The notes under the pieces were generated by a model that ran no database searches, was not told the origin of the DNA, and saw nothing but the letters and a program-made list of their open reading frames with translations. Shown piece after piece: positions 56,257 to 64,000 of a DNA stretch of 64,000 bases. This DNA comes from an uncultured Elusimicrobium sp. GTDB lineage: Bacteria > Elusimicrobiota > Elusimicrobia > Elusimicrobiales > Elusimicrobiaceae. The stretch is from positions 6,272 through 70,271 of the forward strand of contig CADBFX010000002.1 in NCBI GenBank assembly GCA_902794125.1, written 5' to 3'. Each line of letters starts with the position of its first letter. Positions within the stretch are counted from its first letter, which is position 1. The position numbers and the translations under genes are program-made.

Positions 56257-57195
56257 ATGTCACAGAAGCATTGGTTAATTACGGGTGGAGCCGGGTTTAT
56301 TGGGTCGCACCTGGTAAAAGAATTGGTCCGCCAGGGCCAACAGGTTACGGTACTAGATAATCTTTCCGGCGGTAAATTAGAAAATTTAGCCGCGGTGAAG
56401 GATTCTATCTGTTTTATTAAAGCCGATATCCGCGATGCGGCCGCACTTATAGAGGCGTTTGCCTCAGTAGATTATGTGCTACATCATGCGGCGCTCATTT
56501 CGGTAGCTGAATCTATGGCTAAACCGCAAGAGACTGCCGAAATTAATGTGCAGGGCACCGTAAACGTACTGGAAGCCGCGCGGGCCAATCATGTAAAACG
56601 TGTGGTATTTGCTTCGTCAGCGGCAGTGTACGGCACCCGACCGGAACTTCCCTATACGGAAAATACCCCCATTGATTGCCAATCGCCCTATGCTTGGAGT
56701 AAACAAGCCGGGGCGGAACTTTGCCAACTTTATACAAAAGCCTATGGCGTGGAAACAGTAGCATTACGTTATTTCAATGTATTTGGTCCGGGTCAAAACC
56801 CGAATTCAGCTTATGCTGCCGTAATTGCCAAATTTATGCAACTGGCCGCCGATAATCAACCCTTGGGAATTGATTGGGACGGTTTACAAAGCCGCGATTT
56901 TGTAAATGTAAAAGATGTAGTGCAAGCCAATTTGCTGGTCGCCACTAAAGGGGTACCCGGCGAGATTTACAATGTGGCCAGTGGCCGTACCTATACTTTG
57001 TTAGAACTGGCTGACACCATTGAAAAAGTGTCCGGCCGAAAGTTGGCGCGCGTCAGCCGTCCAAAACGCCCTGGGGATGTACATGAATCTTCCGCAGATA
57101 TCACCAAAATTAAAGCCTTAGGTTTTGCTCCTTCCGTTACACTTGAAGAGGGTCTAAAAGAAATGTGGGCGGAAAAAATGGGGAGTTTATTATGA
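56257..57195 (+). CDS. NAD-dependent UDP-sugar 4-epimerase (extended SDR, WbpP/GalE-like)
   Basis: TGGAGFIGS, SSAAVYG, SPYAWSK, LRYFNVFGP and RDF motifs. Confidence 0.9.
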   Translation: MSQKHWLITGGAGFIGSHLVKELVRQGQQVTVLDNLSGGKLENLAAVKDSICFIKADIRDAAALIEAFASVDYVLHHAALISVAESMAKPQETAEINVQGTVNVLEAARANHVKRVVFASSAAVYGTRPELPYTENTPIDCQSPYAWSKQAGAELCQLYTKAYGVETVALRYFNVFGPGQNPNSAYAAVIAKFMQLAADNQPLGIDWDGLQSRDFVNVKDVVQANLLVATKGVPGEIYNVASGRTYTLLELADTIEKVSGRKLARVSRPKRPGDVHESSADITKIKALGFAPSVTLEEGLKEMWAEKMGSLL

Positions 57196-58523
57196 CGGGT
57201 CGTCTATTTTTTCTACTTGATACGGTTGTGTTTTTCTGTATGACGTGGGGTGTTTTAACCTTACGCCACGGTTGGCTTCGTTGGGTGGAATTTAGGAACC
57301 AATTATATGCTTATATTCCGATTTTTCTACTGGCCAGTTTTATTTTGTGGTTGTTTTCTTTTTACGATGTAAAATTATTACAAAAGCGATTAATTCCGTA
57401 TAAGCGGTTGGCTATTGCATTGGGGTTAACGGTCGTCGGATCGGTGGTGCTCATTTATTTTGCGGTGTTGTTTACCGTTAATTTACCTACGCCGCGGCGA
57501 ATTTTGCTGGTTATTTTATTTATTTATTTTGCTTACATTTATCTTTTCCGGCGCAACTATTTTAAATTTGATTTTGCTAAAACCAACGTACTGATTTTTG
57601 GCGTTAGCCCAACAATTGATGAATTGGTAAAAGGGATGAAGGCATCCCGCGGGTATCGTGTCCGCTCATATGAAACTGCCCCCCGCCCCGATACAAAATA
57701 TAATTTAAAAAATGTAGACCGCGTGATTATCGGCAGTAAACTGTTTCGGGAAAATCCACAAGCGTGGGAGATTATTACCCGCCAATTTATTGCCAAAGGT
57801 GCTTGCGTGGATACGGATTTCAATGCGTTTGAACGAATCTTTCAACGGGTTTCACGCGAGAGTGTGGAAGATAGTATGTGGTTGTTGCGAGGTATTGGAA
57901 ACCGTCGGGAAAATGGCATGTACAATATGTTAAAACGCGTCATGGATATGAGCCTAGCTGTTCTACTGCTTCCGTTTTTATTGCCGCTAGGATGTTTGAT
58001 TTGGTTATTTATCCGTTTTGTTGATGGGTATCCTCCGTTATTTATTCAAAAGCGGGTAGGATATTTGGAAAAGCCAATTTATGTGTATAAATTCCGCACG
58101 ATTAAACCTGGCGGGACGGAAGACCATATCACTCGTTGTGGTAAAATTTTGCGGCGGTTTCGGATGGATGAAATTCCGCAACTTATCAATGTATTAAAAG
58201 GCGAAATTTCATTTGTCGGTCCTCGGCCCATTTGGGGAAACGAACACGAATTTTTGCGTAAGTATGTGCCTAATCATCCGTTACGTACCATTGCTAAACC
58301 AGGCATTACCGGTTGGGCGCAACTTAATTTTAAAGCGCCGCCAACGTACTTTAATTTCCGTAATGATGACCCAACCGCCTTAGATGCGCATGCTTTTGAT
58401 GCGGCGTTTACTCGTTTTTCTTACGACGTGTGGTATATTAAAAACCGTTCTATTTTATTAGATCTTGAAATTATGGTAAAAACCGGACTACGGATGTTTA
58501 TTAAAGATTCACATGTATCGTAA
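57192..58523 (+). CDS. polyprenyl glycosylphosphotransferase (priming sugar transferase)
   Basis: KR..D, YKFRT, RMDEIPQ, SFVGPRP and KPGITGWAQ motifs; ATGA coupling with the upstream gene. Confidence 0.92.
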   Translation: MTGRLFFLLDTVVFFCMTWGVLTLRHGWLRWVEFRNQLYAYIPIFLLASFILWLFSFYDVKLLQKRLIPYKRLAIALGLTVVGSVVLIYFAVLFTVNLPTPRRILLVILFIYFAYIYLFRRNYFKFDFAKTNVLIFGVSPTIDELVKGMKASRGYRVRSYETAPRPDTKYNLKNVDRVIIGSKLFRENPQAWEIITRQFIAKGACVDTDFNAFERIFQRVSRESVEDSMWLLRGIGNRRENGMYNMLKRVMDMSLAVLLLPFLLPLGCLIWLFIRFVDGYPPLFIQKRVGYLEKPIYVYKFRTIKPGGTEDHITRCGKILRRFRMDEIPQLINVLKGEISFVGPRPIWGNEHEFLRKYVPNHPLRTIAKPGITGWAQLNFKAPPTYFNFRNDDPTALDAHAFDAAFTRFSYDVWYIKNRSILLDLEIMVKTGLRMFIKDSHVS

Positions 58524-59526
58524 AATTCTTTTTGTAGTTTTTGTGTTTTTGACGTTGGGCGCTTCCGCGCGGGAATTCCCGCTTTGTATGTATGGAGTAA
58601 GCGATCCCAAAGATTTACCTCTCCTAAAAAAAGCCGGTTTCACCTGCGTCCAATCTTACCAAAAAGATCCGGCCCAGTTAGACATTTTGGCGCAAGCGGC
58701 CAAAAAACACGGTCTGCAAGTGGTGTTTTACCCAGATGAAATTTATGGCACAGATCTTCAACAAAAGGCCGCTTCCTGGCCGGTCTTAGCTTGGTATTTG
58801 GTAGATGAGCCGGATGTGGCGCGTTGGAGCCGGGCGCAGGTACAACAAACGCACCAAAAATCAAAACAAGCCTGGCCCAAACATGCTACCACCTTAGTCA
58901 TTGGCCAAGGCAAAACGCGTACCCCTTACTATGATATCCCGGATGCTATGATGATGGATTGGTACCCGGTTCCACACTTAGCACTTACTTCCTTTGGTGA
59001 TAACGTTCGCTGGACTAAAGAAGGCCAAGAAGCGCGTGGAAAATCGGGAGCACCTCTCTGGGGAGTGGTACAAATTTTCAACTGGAAAGAATTTAAGCAA
59101 TACCGCCCGGATAACGACCGTATCGGGCGATTTCCCACACAAGACGAAATTCGTTTTATGAATTACGATGGCATTGTGAACGGAGCAACCGGGCTTTTTT
59201 ACTTCATTTTTACTAGTAATGGCCAACCGCTTCCTCAAGCACAGCCCGAATGGTGGACGCGGGTAACGGCGGCTACGAAAGAGTTAGCCAAGCTGCGTCC
59301 GGTGTTGGAAAAAGGAACGCTTACCGAAAATCCGGTCAAAATATCTTCGCCGCTTGTGATGCAAACGCGCACGTATAAACGCCACACATACAGTATTCTC
59401 ATTAATCGCTCGGAAACCCCGCAAACCGTGCCGGCGGAATTACTTCATAAAAAATATAAAGCTCTTTTTGGTGCGTCTAAGACGGCCCAAATCCCCCCGC
59501 TAACGGTATGGGTGTTGAAGAAATAG
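58513..59526 (+). CDS. exported glycoside-hydrolase-like (TIM barrel) protein
   Basis: Signal peptide; KKAGFTCV, WYLVDEPD, DWYP and GATGLFYF patterns. Confidence 0.6.
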   Translation: MYRKILFVVFVFLTLGASAREFPLCMYGVSDPKDLPLLKKAGFTCVQSYQKDPAQLDILAQAAKKHGLQVVFYPDEIYGTDLQQKAASWPVLAWYLVDEPDVARWSRAQVQQTHQKSKQAWPKHATTLVIGQGKTRTPYYDIPDAMMMDWYPVPHLALTSFGDNVRWTKEGQEARGKSGAPLWGVVQIFNWKEFKQYRPDNDRIGRFPTQDEIRFMNYDGIVNGATGLFYFIFTSNGQPLPQAQPEWWTRVTAATKELAKLRPVLEKGTLTENPVKISSPLVMQTRTYKRHTYSILINRSETPQTVPAELLHKKYKALFGASKTAQIPPLTVWVLKK

Positions 59527-59614
59527 TTATCCTTCTTTTTACGCGTTGCATAAGTCCCTGTATTTTTCTACAATAAAATGTATCTATCTTTTTTATCGTT
59601 TTATGGGAGAAACC

Positions 59615-62600
59615 ATGCGTTTTTTATTCGTCCGTTTGTCCGCATTTTTACTCGTTTTTTGCTTATCGGCGGTGCCTTCTTTTGCAGAGGCCAATAAAAA
59701 AACAATTTCAGCCAGCAGTGCTAATGCCGGTGTTAGCGAAAGTATGTTAGGCACGTCCAGCGGGGCGACTTACACGCTTTCAGTTGAAGGTGAGAAACCT
59801 AGTTTTGCTACCAATGATATCATTATTAATTACACAACGAATAACCTAACTACTACCTCTCCCTTGGCACTTGATAGTAATACCTTAACCATTAAAGATA
59901 ATACCCAAAGTTTTACCGGCGACCAAGCGGCTGCCCATGTGACGCTTACCAATACCGGCACGCATAATACGGTAGACAACACCGGGTTTAATTTATCCCT
60001 TACCAATAACAGGCTGGATTTAAATACCACCGTTACCGCTTCCAACGGCGGATTTTACGGGGCACTTTTTTCTGCCACCAATTCCGGCATAGGGGCAGGT
60101 ATTATTGACGGGAATATCGTGGTGCTTGATTCTTCGGCGAAATTGGAAAATAATACCCCCTCTTTGGTGGGCGGTGCGGCAGAGATGATGATATCTACCC
60201 GCGGAGTTTCTTCTGCGGCTACGGTTAGCAACAATTCCGTAACAGTCAATGTGCCGGAAAACCGCGTTATTAACAGCGATATTACCGGCGGATACGTATC
60301 TCTTTCTATCAATCAAACCAATGGTTCCAAAACATATAACGTAACTCCTACCGTAGATGGAAACACCGTCTCACTTACTAACGGAAAATTTACAGGAAAT
60401 ACCATTATCGGTGGTGAAGCCAGCCTGCTTACCAATGAAAAATATGAAGTAACTTTCCAAGGGGCGGTACAAAACAATGCGATTTCTATGACGGACAGTA
60501 AAGTGGAGGGTGCGCTTGTTATCGGTGGCCGGGCTACTATTAACGGGGCCGGAGTCAAAAATGCCAGCACTGTTCCGTTTACAGTGGATAATAATACAAT
60601 TACTATTTCAGGCGGTACTATTAAAGACACATTGCTGATTGCCGGGGTGGCTACTTCCCCCTACGATACAAAAGATATTGTAGGTACCGTTACCAATAAC
60701 ACAATTGATATTTCTAATTCGCCTACGTTTAGCGGGAAAACCATTTTGGTAGGCGGCTATGCAAGCGGCGATTCCAGCACCCTGTCAAACAATAAACTAG
60801 TGTTACATTCAAAAGATATTTCCGTATATGGTGTAGACGGATTTAATACATATCAGTTTGATGTTTCCGGCGCAGCGGCGGGAGATTCTTTCTTAACGGT
60901 CGCTCACGGAGACGGACATAGTCACGAATTTTTTGCTCCATACGAAAAAAACCCAAAAAATCACGCGCTTAATTTAGACGGTGCCACCATTGATTGGCAA
61001 ACCTTAGGCGGTCGGCCCACTTCCTTAAATGTTAGTGATAGCATCACATTAATTAGTGAAACGAGCGGTATGGGCATTACCGGTACGGTAAGCGGCCTGG
61101 GTACACAAACCGATATTGTGGACGGCACGGAAACTTATTCTTATAAATTAATCCAAGACGGAAATAATATTCAGCTATTACACAACGGGTTAGCTTCCAG
61201 CGGTAACTGGAACCAAGCCATTAATTTGACGGCAGGTTCTGTGGCGGGTAGTGATGTATTTACAAATATCGGAGGAACACTTTCTGCGCCCTCGATTGTT
61301 GTGACGGGTTCTTCGGCGGCAACGGCTTCTTTAACCGCCAACGCGCTAGATGTTTCTTCGCAAAATACTACGCTTTCACTTAATAATACAACAGGTGACC
61401 AAGTAAAATTTGAAACCATTACTGTCAGCGGCGGTAATACGCTTACCAAAAACGGTAACGGGTTTTATAGCTTTGGTAATATGACGATTGATGGAGCAGG
61501 CTCTAATGTTACCGGGTTAGATGCCATGCGGGCTACCAACACGGTTACGTTATCAGGTGGGGCAACGCCCACCTTTGACCAAATCAATTTAGGAAACGGC
61601 TCCACATTAACTATTTCCGGCGGAACGTACGACTTTAATACGCTCAATGTGTATGGCAATGGCGATACCTTTACCGGCGATTTAAATGCCGCGAACAAAA
61701 ACTTGAATTTCTATTTAGCCGATACTACTGCGGCTGGCGATACGGTGCTCAATGTTACGGGAAATGCCGATATCACCGGCAGCACGGTAAAAGTGGGCAT
61801 TCCGGGGACAGATTCTGCCTTAAGTAAAGATGACCAACTCGTCTTGCTGAAGGCTTCGTCGGACATTACAGGCGCGCCTACCAACCTAAAAGGAGTGGGC
61901 ATGCAAGGGTTTTTATTAAATTATGATTTTGACTTATCTATCGCAGGGGCCCAACTGTTAGCCACCGTTACCCGAGCCGGATTTACAGAAGAATCTAAAG
62001 CTTTCTTAGAAGGTCGCGCAGCTGCGTTGGCCGCGCTTAGCCAGGGCGGCGAATTTGTGGCTTTCAATGCGTTGAATAGTGCAATCTATGCCGCTACCGC
62101 GCGCGAAGATGAAGCGATGGCTTTGTTTACTGCTTTTGGCGGTGGAAAAACGCGTTATGAAACGGGGTCTCATGTAGACGTGACCGGAGGAAATGCGGTG
62201 GTCGGTTTATCGCACAATGTGTCTATCTTCTCGGCGGAATTTGTATTGGCTTCATTTTTGGAATATGGCAACGGTTCTTACAACACCCATAACGATTTTT
62301 CTTCGGGTAGATTAAAAGGGTCCGGTAATACGGATTATTTCGGTTTGGGGGCGATGGGTCGCTGGGTCTCAAGAAATAATACGTATATAGACGGGTCGTT
62401 GCGCGTAGGGAAAGTGTCCACCGATTTTAAGGCCGATTTATTTGGAGATGGTCAAAAGGCTACTTATGATTACAATACCTTATACTATGGCGGCCATTTT
62501 GGGTTAGGGTATTTGTATGATGAAATTGATGATATGCAATTAGATTTGTACGCGAAATACTTAGCCACCGGCCAAGAAGGTAAAAAGATAACCATTTCCA

Positions 62601-62911
62601 GCGGGGAGAATTTGCGCTTTAAAGAATCTATTTCCTCGCGCGTGCGTGCCGGGCTTAAAGCCAATTTCTTTAATGTGGAAACGGTCCGCCCGTACCTTGG
62701 TGCGGCGTACGAATATGAATTTTCCGGTAAGGCCAATGCCACGGCTTATCACATGAAATGGGATGCTCCCTCCTTAAAAGGATCTAGCGGCGTTGGGGAA
62801 GCCGGGTTAACCTGGGTGCGTGATTCTTGGGCGTTTACGCTGGGCGCGGAAGGATACGTCGGGCAACGCCGTGGGATAAGCGGTAATTTACAAATCGGTT
62901 ATGAATTTTAA
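59615..62911 (+). CDS. autotransporter (type Va) adhesin-like protein
   Basis: Signal peptide, N/T/G-rich beta-helix passenger, C-terminal barrel (RYETGSHVD, AYEYEF) ending GYEF. Confidence 0.92.
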   Translation: MRFLFVRLSAFLLVFCLSAVPSFAEANKKTISASSANAGVSESMLGTSSGATYTLSVEGEKPSFATNDIIINYTTNNLTTTSPLALDSNTLTIKDNTQSFTGDQAAAHVTLTNTGTHNTVDNTGFNLSLTNNRLDLNTTVTASNGGFYGALFSATNSGIGAGIIDGNIVVLDSSAKLENNTPSLVGGAAEMMISTRGVSSAATVSNNSVTVNVPENRVINSDITGGYVSLSINQTNGSKTYNVTPTVDGNTVSLTNGKFTGNTIIGGEASLLTNEKYEVTFQGAVQNNAISMTDSKVEGALVIGGRATINGAGVKNASTVPFTVDNNTITISGGTIKDTLLIAGVATSPYDTKDIVGTVTNNTIDISNSPTFSGKTILVGGYASGDSSTLSNNKLVLHSKDISVYGVDGFNTYQFDVSGAAAGDSFLTVAHGDGHSHEFFAPYEKNPKNHALNLDGATIDWQTLGGRPTSLNVSDSITLISETSGMGITGTVSGLGTQTDIVDGTETYSYKLIQDGNNIQLLHNGLASSGNWNQAINLTAGSVAGSDVFTNIGGTLSAPSIVVTGSSAATASLTANALDVSSQNTTLSLNNTTGDQVKFETITVSGGNTLTKNGNGFYSFGNMTIDGAGSNVTGLDAMRATNTVTLSGGATPTFDQINLGNGSTLTISGGTYDFNTLNVYGNGDTFTGDLNAANKNLNFYLADTTAAGDTVLNVTGNADITGSTVKVGIPGTDSALSKDDQLVLLKASSDITGAPTNLKGVGMQGFLLNYDFDLSIAGAQLLATVTRAGFTEESKAFLEGRAAALAALSQGGEFVAFNALNSAIYAATAREDEAMALFTAFGGGKTRYETGSHVDVTGGNAVVGLSHNVSIFSAEFVLASFLEYGNGSYNTHNDFSSGRLKGSGNTDYFGLGAMGRWVSRNNTYIDGSLRVGKVSTDFKADLFGDGQKATYDYNTLYYGGHFGLGYLYDEIDDMQLDLYAKYLATGQEGKKITISSGENLRFKESISSRVRAGLKANFFNVETVRPYLGAAYEYEFSGKANATAYHMKWDAPSLKGSSGVGEAGLTWVRDSWAFTLGAEGYVGQRRGISGNLQIGYEF

Positions 62912-62929
62912 CTAAAACTAAGAAGTCAT

Positions 62930-62961
62930 AAAAAAGCCCCGCCTTGAAGCGGGGCTTTTTT
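62930..62961. terminator. bidirectional terminator
   Basis: AAAAAAAGCCCCGC-CTTGAA-GCGGGGCTTTTTT. Confidence 0.9.
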
Positions 62962-62978
62962 GGGTGCTTAGCTGTATA

Positions 62979-64000
62979 TTATTGTCCAGCGTGTTTTGAA
63001 ATTAATGCTTTTATTTCATCTTCCGTAGATTCCTGTAATAATTTTTCAGCCTCTTGGTCCAATGTCGGTTTTTTGGGATTGGTCGCATTTTGCGTGTTTA
63101 ACCATTCCTGATAGTTCGGATTTCGTAAAGCAATTTCAACGGCACGTTTTTCAACTTTTACATGATGTCTAATTTTTGCCATAGTGGCTCTAAGCCGCCA
63201 AATATGGTTGCTTTTTTCCTTTTCCGGGGTCAATTGGCTGTCTTGATCCAATTCATACATTTGTTCCGCAAAAGCAGCCATCATGGACCAGGTATGTATG
63301 GCGTCCCCTTTCCCGTGTTTGGAAGCTTTTATAAGAGACGTTGTATTTTGACTATATTCTTCCCCCATATATATTGCACGGTAGGCGAAGAACTTATACA
63401 TACTATTTGCAAGTTCCTCAACTTGCGGGTCAAGTTCCAGAATTTGTTGGTACGTATGCTCATCAATAATTAACAAAAGAAACGGCTTGTCGGTTATGAT
63501 AGCGTTGTAGACACCCCGGATGGAAAGTTTAGCGGCTTGATTAAAGGTGGCGTCCGTTACTGCTTCCTCCAACGCGTCAATAGCGGCATTTTCCAATTCT
63601 TCCAAGTGTTCGTCCATGTCGGGGTCATATTGGGAAAATTGCATCCGGAACGGTTTTGTGTAGTCATTGATACCGGTGCATACAATTTTTAAACGTTGGA
63701 AAAAAGTGGCGTCCCGTAACGTTAGGTTCATGCCTGTTTTCCAGTTGACGTCTCGCACAAACGCAATTAATTTAGACTGTGCCACGGGGAAATCTTGTTC
63801 GCTAAAAGTGGGCGGAGTATCAGAGGAATCCGCTTGTACCGTCGGTTTCGTTTCCGGATCATTGTCAAATACTTCCGCCAAACGAGTCATTTCCTGGCAA
63901 GATTCTCCTTCTATAAACCAGGTGTTTGGATCTGTCGTGCTTTGATAGAAACTCATTGCACTTACAGGGGCCGTGCTTCCCAGCACGAATAAACTAATCA
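62979..64000 (-). CDS. secreted hypothetical protein (5' end outside window)
   Basis: Frame is open to the window edge: ...ISLFVLGSTAPVSA-M looks like the end of a signal peptide. Confidence 0.7.
   Translation of the reverse strand, partial: ISLFVLGSTAPVSAMSFYQSTTDPNTWFIEGESCQEMTRLAEVFDNDPETKPTVQADSSDTPPTFSEQDFPVAQSKLIAFVRDVNWKTGMNLTLRDATFFQRLKIVCTGINDYTKPFRMQFSQYDPDMDEHLEELENAAIDALEEAVTDATFNQAAKLSIRGVYNAIITDKPFLLLIIDEHTYQQILELDPQVEELANSMYKFFAYRAIYMGEEYSQNTTSLIKASKHGKGDAIHTWSMMAAFAEQMYELDQDSQLTPEKEKSNHIWRLRATMAKIRHHVKVEKRAVEIALRNPNYQEWLNTQNATNPKKPTLDQEAEKLLQESTEDEIKALISKHAGQ

Overview
A 64 kb chromosomal window from a Gram-negative (waaA, heptosyltransferase, AsmA, autotransporter), probably anaerobic bacterium (rubrerythrin, 2[4Fe-4S] ferredoxin, FeoB). 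Gene content and style suggest a gut Elusimicrobiota genome; this is inference, not verified. It holds an rmlA-C-D-B dTDP-rhamnose operon, two tRNAs (Arg-TCT, Leu-GAG), housekeeping genes (pepT, secG, pgk, groES/EL with CIRCE, a Ser/Thr kinase-phosphatase pair, LPS core genes, perR-rubrerythrin), a split Wzb/Wza/Wzc/beta-barrel polysaccharide export region and an autotransporter. No CRISPR array, transposase or integrase was seen. Main finding: three dispersed orphan secreted-protein genes (11689-12909, 25376-27253, 30317-31012) share a 17-bp pseudo-palindrome, TAGGYC-N7-CCTK, exactly 21 bp upstream of their -10 boxes. Two of them also share a post-signal-peptide motif, AQI(A/S)R.V.RA. Together these suggest a co-regulated family of exported proteins, each placed behind a housekeeping gene. 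Also notable: a candidate C-rich-loop sRNA with its own promoter, duplicated 3' ends of the ferredoxin and pgk genes (att-like scars), short deletions in rfbB and a second rfbA, and several odd domain architectures.
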